Positions 18,614 through 27,221 of a stretch of DNA of 41,468 bases are shown in pieces. The position numbers and the translations under genes were made by a program. The notes beneath the pieces were generated by a model, which saw nothing but the letters and a program-made list of their open reading frames with translations, did not search any database and was not told the DNA's origin. Every line of letters starts with the position of its first letter. Position 1 is the first letter of the stretch. Source of the DNA: Prevotella sp. (GTDB lineage: Bacteria > Bacteroidota > Bacteroidia > Bacteroidales > Bacteroidaceae); the NCBI GenBank assembly GCA_021204605.1, contig JAJPZD010000183.1, forward strand, positions 1,118 through 42,585. The letters run 5' to 3'.

Positions 18614-20296
18614 ATGAAGATGAGAAAGATTTTTTTTCTGCTGTTAACGACAGCGTTATTGCCTATCACAAGTGTGTCGGCACAAGAGAGCAATGACCAC
18701 AACTTTGAGATCGGCAAGAACATGGAAGTGTTCAACGAGATATACCGTTACTTAGACCTGATGTATGTGGATACGCTCAATGCCGACGAGGTGATTGGGA
18801 CTGGTATCAACTCGATGCTTCGTTCGCTTGACCCTTATACTGTGTATTATCCAGAGGACAAGGTGAGCGATTTCAAGACGATGATAACCGGGAAATACGT
18901 GGGTATCGGCTCTATAATCCGCTACAACCAAAAGATAAAAAGAGTGATTATCGAAGAACCTTACGAGGGGACACCGGCTGCGGAAGCAGGGCTGAAATTG
19001 GGAGACATCATCCTCAGCGTTGACGACTCGACGATGACAGACAAAGACGTGAGTTATGTTAGCTCCCACCTGCGCGGTGATGCCGGCACGACATTCATAC
19101 TCAAGATACTGCGTCCAAGTACAGGGGAGACAATGGACTTCAAGATAACGAGACGGGCAGTAACCATGCCGGCAATCCCTTACTATGGCGTGCGTCAGGA
19201 CAGTATCGGGTATATCAACCTTAACAGTTTCACTGACGACTGCTACAAGGAGTTCCGCAACGCTTTCGTGGAAATGAGGAATCAAGGAATGAAAGGCTTA
19301 GTCATTGACCTGCGCGGCAACGGTGGCGGTTCACTATCCGAAGCGGTGAACATAGTGAATATGTTTCTACCAAAGGATGTTACGGTAGTGAAGAAAGTAG
19401 GAAAGCTGAAAAGATCGAACAGCGACTACACCACATCGTTAGAACCGATAGACACCGTGATGCCCATAGTGGTACTCGTGAACGGAGAGTCTGCAAGCGC
19501 ATCGGAAATCACGTGCGGCAGCCTGCAAGACTTAGACCGTGCCATAGTGCTCGGCACACGCACATACGGCAAGGGTCTTGTGCAAGTATCGCTGAACCTA
19601 TCATATAACGGGCAACTGAAACTCACGGAGAGCAAATATTACCTGCCCAGCGGACGCTGCATACAGGCAATCAACTACAAACACGCCAACGGTGGTTATA
19701 CCGAACACATACCCGACAGCCTGACGCGGGTGTTCTACACAGCAAACGGGCGTGAGGTGCGTGATGGTGGAGGCATAAAGCCCGACATCGAGGTGCGTCC
19801 CGACTCCCTGCCTAACATCGCCTACTACCTGACCGTGAACGGATTAGATTCAACGGAAGTGCTTCTTGACTACAAGATCAACTATATGGCGAAACACCCC
19901 ACAATAGCACCGGCATCGGAATTCAAGATTACGGATGAGGACTATGAGGAGTTTAAGCAACGTGTAATAAACAGTGGCTTCACCTACGACCCAGAAAGTG
20001 AGAAAGCACTGAAAACACTGAAAGAGATAGTAAGGTTCGAAGGCTACTATGATGATGCCAAGGAGGAGTTTGAGAACCTTGAGAAAAAGCTCAAGCACAA
20101 CTTGGCAAAAGACTTGGACATCAACAAGGACGTGATAATACGCCTTATCTCGAATGACTTAGCAACAGCATATTACTATCAGGCGGGAACGGTGGAAAAC
20201 GGGCTCAACGACGACAAGCAGGCACAGGAGGCGTTCCGTCTGATAAACAGCCCCGATGAATACAAGGCTATACTTAGTAATAATAGGGAGAAATAA
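18614..20296 (+). CDS. S41-family carboxy-terminal processing protease with PDZ domain
   Basis: Signal peptide, LDPYT, GIG (PDZ), DLRGNGGG, SASASEI (catalytic Ser), TYGKG (catalytic Lys), GIKPD. -7 box at 18529-18536. Confidence 0.93.
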   Translation: MKMRKIFFLLLTTALLPITSVSAQESNDHNFEIGKNMEVFNEIYRYLDLMYVDTLNADEVIGTGINSMLRSLDPYTVYYPEDKVSDFKTMITGKYVGIGSIIRYNQKIKRVIIEEPYEGTPAAEAGLKLGDIILSVDDSTMTDKDVSYVSSHLRGDAGTTFILKILRPSTGETMDFKITRRAVTMPAIPYYGVRQDSIGYINLNSFTDDCYKEFRNAFVEMRNQGMKGLVIDLRGNGGGSLSEAVNIVNMFLPKDVTVVKKVGKLKRSNSDYTTSLEPIDTVMPIVVLVNGESASASEITCGSLQDLDRAIVLGTRTYGKGLVQVSLNLSYNGQLKLTESKYYLPSGRCIQAINYKHANGGYTEHIPDSLTRVFYTANGREVRDGGGIKPDIEVRPDSLPNIAYYLTVNGLDSTEVLLDYKINYMAKHPTIAPASEFKITDEDYEEFKQRVINSGFTYDPESEKALKTLKEIVRFEGYYDDAKEEFENLEKKLKHNLAKDLDINKDVIIRLISNDLATAYYYQAGTVENGLNDDKQAQEAFRLINSPDEYKAILSNNREK

Positions 20297-20323
20297 TGTG
20301 ATGTGAAATCACTAAGAGTCAAT

Positions 20324-20362
20324 AAAAAGAGAGCCGCCCTTGATAATTAGAAGGCGGCTCTT
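20324..20362 (-). terminator. Intrinsic terminator for the ECF operon, possibly bidirectional with the S41 gene
   Basis: On the - strand, GAGCCGCCUU...AGGGCGGCUC followed by UCUUUUU. Confidence 0.8.
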
Positions 20363-20466
20363 CGCTTTACGTTAGCATATAATGAAAATCTTAAATGGGT
20401 GAGACTTCACAGTCTCAAGTGTTGTTTTACTAAACATGATGTTATAGAGTAAGCATAAAAATGTCG

Positions 20467-20937
20467 TTATTTAAGCATGACCGTATTGTCGGGGAGGCTG
20501 TTGTTGATAGTGTCTGTCTTTACAGAATCACCCAATGCCACGGGTTTCCCATCCTGAGCCCCCTGTATTACGTCAGTGCTGCCCTGGACACTGTTGTCCT
20601 CTCTGAATGCCACTTGGGCGGCATTGCCAAGAGTGAGGAATATCGCCACTACGGCAGCTGCCTTGAACAGGGGCATGAGACCATGCGTAACATTGATTCT
20701 GCGCACCTTACAAAGCTGTGGCTCCTCTATGCGAGTCAACAAGCGAGCGTCAAAATCATCGCCCAAGACATCTGTTTTCTTCTCTTCCTGCTGATAACGG
20801 AACAAATCCTTGTATTTCAACAGGCTGACGGGCACGTCTTTCTGACTGAAGAAGGTGCGTAGTATTTCCTCCTCACTTAAAGATGTCTCGCAGTTCCAGT
20901 AGCGCTCCAAGAGTTGTTCTATGTATTTATAATCCAT
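20467..20937 (-). CDS. Single-pass membrane protein, putative anti-sigma factor
   Basis: Overlaps the ECF stop codon. Helical N-terminus (YIEQLLERYWNCETSLSEEEILRTFF), one TM helix (AAAVVAIFLTLG), short polar tail. Start placed at MDYKY. Confidence 0.6.
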   Translation of the reverse strand: MDYKYIEQLLERYWNCETSLSEEEILRTFFSQKDVPVSLLKYKDLFRYQQEEKKTDVLGDDFDARLLTRIEEPQLCKVRRINVTHGLMPLFKAAAVVAIFLTLGNAAQVAFREDNSVQGSTDVIQGAQDGKPVALGDSVKTDTINNSLPDNTVMLK

Positions 20938-21439
20938 ACTTGTCGTATTCAAGATACTTTTTTTTCACCGTCTGCCTCGCCCTATAGATATTGACCTTCA
21001 CCTGTTCCTCAGTAATTGCCAATATCTTGGCAATATCACGGTAGCTTTTCCCCTCGAAATCCCTCAGCTGCATACAGATTCTCTGTTTTTCAGGCAAGCT
21101 GTCAACGATACGCCTTACTATCTCAATGCGGTCTTTGTGGTGCATTCTTTCGAAAGGGTCGGATGCCGGGTCAGCGGCATCATCATCTGTAACCCCAAAC
21201 AGCACATTCACCTTGCCGGCCTTTTTCAACTTGTCGAGGGACATATTGCGGCACACTGTGATGCTGAATGCCTCGATAGAGGCTATATCCTGCCAGTCGT
21301 CACGTCTGTTCCAGATCCTAATCAGCGTATCCTGAACGATGTCCTCCGCATCTTCTTTGCTTAGCGTAATGCGCAGAGCTATGCGGTAAAGCATGTTTTT
21401 AAGAGGCAAAACATCGTTTCGGAAACTGATATTCTTCAT
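20927..21439 (-). CDS. ECF RNA polymerase sigma factor
   Basis: 170 aa. Region 2 DAEDIVQD..IRIW. Region 4 LPEKQR...LRDFEGKSYRDIA...VKVNIYRAR. Confidence 0.93.
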   Translation of the reverse strand: MKNISFRNDVLPLKNMLYRIALRITLSKEDAEDIVQDTLIRIWNRRDDWQDIASIEAFSITVCRNMSLDKLKKAGKVNVLFGVTDDDAADPASDPFERMHHKDRIEIVRRIVDSLPEKQRICMQLRDFEGKSYRDIAKILAITEEQVKVNIYRARQTVKKKYLEYDKYGL

Positions 21440-21456
21440 CTGTTTCTATAATGTAT

Positions 21457-21482
21457 GACGATTGGATGGGTGAAAAGTTACA
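21457..21482 (-). promoter_or_regulatory. Putative ECF-dependent autoregulatory promoter TGTAAC-N16-CGTC
   Basis: AAC (-35) and CGTC (-10) with a 16-nt spacer, 17 nt upstream of the ECF start codon. Confidence 0.65.
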
Positions 21483-21570
21483 GTAAAAATATGATTTAAC
21501 AAAAATTTAAAGGGGATAGCATCCCTATATATTGGGATTTTTAGACGATTTACAGCAAAACTCATATATC

Positions 21571-22362
21571 TTATTTCAATATGATGGTGCCGTGCTGCCC
21601 ATCGATAGCGGTGGCGAGCGTGATGTTCACCTTGGCGACACCGGCATTGAGGGCATCGAAAGCGTTCTCCAACTTAGGCAGCATACCGCCATTGACAGTA
21701 CCATCGGCAACGAGGCGTGAGAAATCACGTGGTGTGATGACAGGTATCACGCTGTCGTCATCATCAGGATTGCCGAGCACTCCTTTTTTCTCAAAGCAGA
21801 AAATAAGTGTCACGTCATAATGCTTAGCAAGAGCCTTCGCAGTCTCGCAGGCTATGGTATCAGCATTGGTATTCAGGATATTTCCATTGCCATCGTGAGT
21901 GAGTGGCGCCATCACAGGAGTGAAGCCATTCTCGATAAGAAAACGCAGTTTGTCGCCATCGACACGCTCCACATCACCCACAAAGCCATAGTCAACATCC
22001 TTGACAGGTCGTCTGTGAGAATGAATCACGTCAATGTCAGCACCAGTCAGGCCGAAGGCATCCACACCTTCCGCCTGCAAGCGGGCAACAAGATTTTTGT
22101 TTACCAAACCGCCATAGACCATAGTTACGACATTGAGCATCGCCTCGTCGGTAATCCGTCTGCCGTTCACCAACCTGCTCTCTATACCAAGCTGTTTGGC
22201 GATAGCGGTCGCCTTCCTGCCACCGCCATGTACGAGGACCTTTCTACCGGTTATCTTACTGAAATCAGCAATCAGTTGACAGAGGCCCGTCTCGTCGTCA
22301 ACCACCGCACCGCCAACTTTCACTACGGTAATTTTTTCCTTCACCATATCCTTTATAAGCAA
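21571..22362 (-). CDS. argB: Acetylglutamate kinase
   Basis: VVKVGG, LVHGGG, GRRITD, NTNADT, GGMLPKL. Confidence 0.94.
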   Translation of the reverse strand: MLIKDMVKEKITVVKVGGAVVDDETGLCQLIADFSKITGRKVLVHGGGRKATAIAKQLGIESRLVNGRRITDEAMLNVVTMVYGGLVNKNLVARLQAEGVDAFGLTGADIDVIHSHRRPVKDVDYGFVGDVERVDGDKLRFLIENGFTPVMAPLTHDGNGNILNTNADTIACETAKALAKHYDVTLIFCFEKKGVLGNPDDDDSVIPVITPRDFSRLVADGTVNGGMLPKLENAFDALNAGVAKVNITLATAIDGQHGTIILK

Positions 22363-22390
22363 ATAGTCAACTCTTGAAAAGGCTTATCAT

Positions 22391-24283
22391 TTATTCCAAA
22401 TAAGTGTAACCATAGAGGCCGGAACGGTAGTTGGATAGAAATTCCTTACCCTCCTCAAGAGTAATCTTGCCTTGTCGTACACTCTTTGTGACCCACATCT
22501 CAAGTTGCCTTACAAGTTTCTTGGGATTGTACTGGACATACTGAAGCACCTCAGCGACAGTCTCGCCATCGATAATCTGGTCGATATGGTAAGTTCCATC
22601 CTTGACAGTGATATGTGCGGCATTGGTAACGCCGAAGAGATTGTGCATATCACCTAATATCTCCTGATAAGCCCCGACAAGGAACACGCCCAGATAATAA
22701 GGCTCATTCTTACGGAGGGCATGCACCGGGAGGAAGTGGGAGATGTGCCGGTTGGTAACATAGTTGACTATCTTGCCATCGCTGTCGCAAGTGATGTCAT
22801 GGAGTGTTGCGATGCGTGTAGGTCGGTCATCGAGGCGCTGCAAGGGCATTATAGGGAACACTTGGTCAACGGCCCATACATCGGTAAGCGACTGGAACAG
22901 GGAGAAATTGCAGAAATACTTGTCGGCAAGCATTTTCTCAAGTCCTTTCAACTCCTCGGGCTTATGTTTTAGGTTCTTCACCAAAGAATACACCTCACGG
23001 CAGAGACTCCAGTACATCTGTTCAATCTCCGCACGAGTCTTGAGGTCAACGATACCATGACTGAACAAGTCGAGAGCCTCCTCACGTATCTGCTGGGCAT
23101 CGTGCCAGTCCTCCAACATGGTACGTACATTCACATTATCCAATATCTCATAGAGGTCTTTCACCAATGGGTGGGCATTCTCGCCTGGTTCAAAATCATC
23201 ATCCATCTCTGGCAATGATGCTGTCTCAAGGACATCAATAACGAGTATCGAGTGGTGAGCCGACAGTGAGCGTCCACTTTCGGTGATTATGTTCGGATGA
23301 TTAATTCCGTTGAGGTCGGACGCCTCTACGAAAGTGGAGATACAGTCGTTGACATATTCCTGTATCGAATAGTTGACGCTGCTCTCGCTGTTGGGCGAGC
23401 GGGTGCCGTCGTAGTCCACGCCGAGACCGCCACCGCAGTCAACAAATTCAACGTTGTAGCCCATCTTATGTAGCTGGATATAGAAATGAGAGGCCTCACG
23501 AAGGGCAGTCTGGATGCGCCTGATTTTCGTCACCTGGCTACCTATATGAAAGTGTATCATCTTAAGGCAGTCGGTCATTTCCTTTTTATCCAATATCTCA
23601 AGAGCGTGAAGGAGCTCCGAGCTGGTCAGTCCGAACTTGCTTGCGTCGCCTCCGCTTTCCTCCCATTTGCCGCTGCCAGAGGAGGCGAGTTTTATGCGGA
23701 TGCCGAGATTTGGTCTTACGTCTAATTTTTTCGCTGCGCGTGCTATTGTCTCAAGTTCGTTTAATTTCTCCACCACAATGAAAATCCTCTTACCCATTTT
23801 CTGAGCCAACAGTGCGAGTTCTATATAGCCTTGGTCTTTGTAGCCGTTGCATATTATCAAGGGGTCGTTCTGGCTTTGGACGGCTATGACGGCATGTAGT
23901 TCTGGTTTTGAACCAGCCTCTAAGCCGAGATTGAATTTTTGTCCATGGCTGATAATCTCCTCAACGACGGGCTGCATCTGGTTGACCTTGATGGGATAGA
24001 CGATAAAATTCTCCCCTTTAAAGTGATACTCCTCTGTGGCCTCTTTGAAACAGCTCCAGGTTTTTTCTATTCTACTGTCAAGGATGTCAGGGAAACGTAG
24101 GAGCACCGGGGTATTGATATCACGCAGTGAGAGCTCGTCTATAACGTCAGTAAGGTCTATTTTGACGCCATCTTTCTTTGGCGTCACATAAACATTGCCC
24201 TTTTCATTGATACCAAAAAATGAAGTGCCCCATCCACTAAGGTTGTAAAGCTCATTGGAGTCTTCAATAGTCCATTTCTTCAT
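22391..24283 (-). CDS. speA: Biosynthetic arginine decarboxylase
   Basis: YPIKVNQ (PLP Lys), GLEAGSKPEL, HFHIGSQ, GGGLGVDYDG, TCDSDG, GAYQEILGDMHNLFG. Confidence 0.97.
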   Translation of the reverse strand: MKKWTIEDSNELYNLSGWGTSFFGINEKGNVYVTPKKDGVKIDLTDVIDELSLRDINTPVLLRFPDILDSRIEKTWSCFKEATEEYHFKGENFIVYPIKVNQMQPVVEEIISHGQKFNLGLEAGSKPELHAVIAVQSQNDPLIICNGYKDQGYIELALLAQKMGKRIFIVVEKLNELETIARAAKKLDVRPNLGIRIKLASSGSGKWEESGGDASKFGLTSSELLHALEILDKKEMTDCLKMIHFHIGSQVTKIRRIQTALREASHFYIQLHKMGYNVEFVDCGGGLGVDYDGTRSPNSESSVNYSIQEYVNDCISTFVEASDLNGINHPNIITESGRSLSAHHSILVIDVLETASLPEMDDDFEPGENAHPLVKDLYEILDNVNVRTMLEDWHDAQQIREEALDLFSHGIVDLKTRAEIEQMYWSLCREVYSLVKNLKHKPEELKGLEKMLADKYFCNFSLFQSLTDVWAVDQVFPIMPLQRLDDRPTRIATLHDITCDSDGKIVNYVTNRHISHFLPVHALRKNEPYYLGVFLVGAYQEILGDMHNLFGVTNAAHITVKDGTYHIDQIIDGETVAEVLQYVQYNPKKLVRQLEMWVTKSVRQGKITLEEGKEFLSNYRSGLYGYTYLE

Positions 24284-24303
24284 CGTGGGTAAAGTTTTAA
24301 TCG

Positions 24304-24831
24304 TTAAAGGTTAAGCATGGTCCGTAGTCGAGCCACGGAGATTTTTATTTTCTGGTAGTTGTCAAGCAGCGTTACATCAAGTACGTGCTTAGCCATAAGG
24401 TAAAAATGTTCTCTGTCTGCAAGTTGCCGTGCTATGAACAGCTTCATCTCTTCTGGCGTTTTGTCTTTGAGCAAAGGTCTGTCCACCCTCCCCATACTAA
24501 GGTGCTGGTAAAGCACATCAGGAGTGCTTTTCAGATAAACAGTTTCACCCTGCGAGTTGATATAGTCCATGTTGTCGAAGAAACAAGGAGTGCCTCCCCC
24601 GCAACTAATCACCACGTCCTCAAACTCAGCCACTTCGTGTAGGACGGTATGTTCCACCTTTCTGAAACCGGTTTCGCCTCGTTCGGCGAACAGTTGTGGT
24701 ATTGTCTTGTGCATTCTCTCCTCAATATACCAGTCGAGGTCATAGAACTGAACGCCCAAGTCTTTGGCGAGAGCCTTTCCGACGGTAGTTTTTCCCGCCC
24801 CCATATATCCAACGATGATAATCCTGTACAT
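24304..24831 (-). CDS. aroK: Shikimate kinase
   Basis: GYMGAGKTTVG, DLD, FRKVE, SCGGG, RPLL. Start moved to MYRIII (24831). Confidence 0.95.
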   Translation of the reverse strand: MYRIIIVGYMGAGKTTVGKALAKDLGVQFYDLDWYIEERMHKTIPQLFAERGETGFRKVEHTVLHEVAEFEDVVISCGGGTPCFFDNMDYINSQGETVYLKSTPDVLYQHLSMGRVDRPLLKDKTPEEMKLFIARQLADREHFYLMAKHVLDVTLLDNYQKIKISVARLRTMLNL

Positions 24832-24833
24832 CG

Positions 24834-27143
24834 CTATTTTTTCTTGGAGTTGCTGATTATCTCCATACACTCCTGAATGGAGAGGGAGGATGCCTTGTCG
24901 TGAAGATTTTTAGGGAGGCGGTAGTTTTTACCGTCATAGCAGATGTAAGGCCCATACCGTCCGTTCATCACTTCAAGTTTAGGATCTTCCTCAAACGTCT
25001 TGATGTGGCGTTTAGTCTCCTGCTCCCGTTTTTTCAATATCAGTGACACCGCGGTATCGAGTGACACCGTCAACGGGTTCTCTGTTTTTGGTATGGAAAC
25101 ATACTTGTGGTCGTGCATTACATACGGTCCGTACTTACCAGCCCCGACAATCACGGGAGAGCCTTCAAACTCACCGATATTACGCGGCAGCCTGAACAGT
25201 TCGATGGCCTCGCTAAGAGTTATCGTGCTGATACTCTTGTCAGAGGGCATCTGCGCAAAGCGTGGTTTCTCGTCATCATCAGCCTTGCCAATCTGTACGA
25301 CAGGGCCGAAACGTCCTATCTTCACGAAAACGGGCTTACCGGTCGCTGGATCCTTGCCGAGCTCACGTTCCCCTACCTTGTGCTCCTCACGTGCATTCAA
25401 AGTATTCTCAACGATGGGTTCAAACCCTGAATAGAAATGCCTTATCATATCTGTCCAGAGAGAATTTCCATCAGCGATGGAATCGAACTCATTCTCCACC
25501 TTTGCGGTGAAATTATAGTCCATGATGTCCGGGAAATATTTCACGAGGAAATCATTGACCACCGTTCCGATGTCAGTGGGGATGAGTTTCCCTTTCTCGT
25601 TGCCCACTGTCTCGTTTTTTGTCGTTCCTGTTATCTTGCCATTATGCAAGGTATCTATGGTAAAACTGCGGGGCTCGCCTTTCTTGTCGCCCTTCTGCAC
25701 GTATTCTCTCTGTTGTATAGTACTTATTATAGGAGCGTAGGTGGAGGGTCGTCCGATTCCTAATTCCTCCAATTTGTGTACTAAGCTTGCCTCTGTATAT
25801 CTCGCTGGTCCTTGGCTGAAGCGCTGTATAGCCATCGTTTCGCTGTTGGCGAGAGTGTCGCCTTCGTTCAATGGAGGCAATGTATTTGAGATTTCCTCTT
25901 GGCTGTTCTCCTCATCGTCAACAGATTCTCGGTAAACTTTGATGAAGCCGTCGAACTTTATAACCTCGCCATTGGCGATGAATTTCTCATTAGTATCGCT
26001 TATGTCTATGGTGATGACAGTCTTCTCTATCTGTGCATCGGCCATCTGGCTTGCCGTAGTGCGTTTCCAAATAAGGTCATAGAGGCGTTTCTCCTGCTGT
26101 GTACCGTCAATCTCATGACTTGCCATATAAGTAGGACGTATAGCCTCATGTGCCTCCTGCGCCCCTTTTGTATGCGTCTGATACTGGCGAGGCTTGCTGT
26201 AGGCATCACCCCAAAGCGTTGTAATCTCCTCTTTGGAGGATTTCAGACAGAGCGTTGAGAGATTTACAGAGTCTGTACGCATATATGTGATAAGTCCATT
26301 CTCGTACAGGTGCTGCGCCACCATCATGGTCTGCGACACGGTAAAGCCAAGTTTTCGTGCCGCCTCCTGCTGCAGAGTTGATGTGGTGAAAGGTGGAGCA
26401 GGGGTACGTTTCAATGGCTTCTTTGCTATATTGCTGACGGTGAACTGCGCTGTTTTGCATTTTTCGAGGAAACCAAGTGCTTCCTCGTGGGTATTGAAAC
26501 GTCTGTCTAATTCAGCTTTAAACTCAGAAAGAGTGTTATCACTCCCGACAGTTGTAAATACGGCGTTCACGCGATAATATGGCTCACTGTTGAAAGCCTG
26601 TATCTCCCTTTCTCGCTCGACGATAAGTCTGACGGCGACGCTTTGGACACGCCCTGCTGACAACGAGGGCATAACCTTGCGCCAGAGTATGGGGGAGATT
26701 TTGAATCCCACGATACGGTCAAGCACTCGTCGGGCCTGCTGCGCATTCACTAAGTTCATATCCAACTTGCGTGGATGATTTATCGCCTCAAGAATGGCCG
26801 GTTTTGTAATCTCGTGGAATACTATGCGGTTGGTATTGTTCTCGTCAAGCCCCAGCACCTCACAGAGGTGCCACGAAATAGCCTCACCCTCACGGTCCTC
26901 ATCGGAAGCCAGCCACACCATATCCGCTTTGTCAGCGTTGTTTTTCAAATCAGCCACCACCTTCTTTTTGTCGGCAGGCACCTCATAGTCGGGGCTTAAC
27001 GTCTCTGTATTAATACTTAATTCCTTTTTCTTTAGGTCGCGGATATGTCCATAACTCGACATGACCTTGTAGTCCTTTCCTAAAAACTTCTCTATCGTCT
27101 TCGCTTTTGCCGGGCTCTCGACAATCACCAGATTCTTCTGCAT
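24834..27143 (-). CDS. topA: DNA topoisomerase I with C-terminal GRFGP-type repeats and no zinc ribbons
   Basis: IVESPAKAKTI, ASDEDREGE, SAGRVQS, ITYMRTD (catalytic Tyr), GIGRPSTYA. Own -7 box at 27173-27180. Confidence 0.97.
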   Translation of the reverse strand: MQKNLVIVESPAKAKTIEKFLGKDYKVMSSYGHIRDLKKKELSINTETLSPDYEVPADKKKVVADLKNNADKADMVWLASDEDREGEAISWHLCEVLGLDENNTNRIVFHEITKPAILEAINHPRKLDMNLVNAQQARRVLDRIVGFKISPILWRKVMPSLSAGRVQSVAVRLIVEREREIQAFNSEPYYRVNAVFTTVGSDNTLSEFKAELDRRFNTHEEALGFLEKCKTAQFTVSNIAKKPLKRTPAPPFTTSTLQQEAARKLGFTVSQTMMVAQHLYENGLITYMRTDSVNLSTLCLKSSKEEITTLWGDAYSKPRQYQTHTKGAQEAHEAIRPTYMASHEIDGTQQEKRLYDLIWKRTTASQMADAQIEKTVITIDISDTNEKFIANGEVIKFDGFIKVYRESVDDEENSQEEISNTLPPLNEGDTLANSETMAIQRFSQGPARYTEASLVHKLEELGIGRPSTYAPIISTIQQREYVQKGDKKGEPRSFTIDTLHNGKITGTTKNETVGNEKGKLIPTDIGTVVNDFLVKYFPDIMDYNFTAKVENEFDSIADGNSLWTDMIRHFYSGFEPIVENTLNAREEHKVGERELGKDPATGKPVFVKIGRFGPVVQIGKADDDEKPRFAQMPSDKSISTITLSEAIELFRLPRNIGEFEGSPVIVGAGKYGPYVMHDHKYVSIPKTENPLTVSLDTAVSLILKKREQETKRHIKTFEEDPKLEVMNGRYGPYICYDGKNYRLPKNLHDKASSLSIQECMEIISNSKKK

Positions 27144-27221
27144 AGCGGTATAAATGTTTTTGTTTTAGGAGGCAAAAGTAAACAAAACTTTCACATACAC
27201 CTAATTATTAAAGAAAAAATC

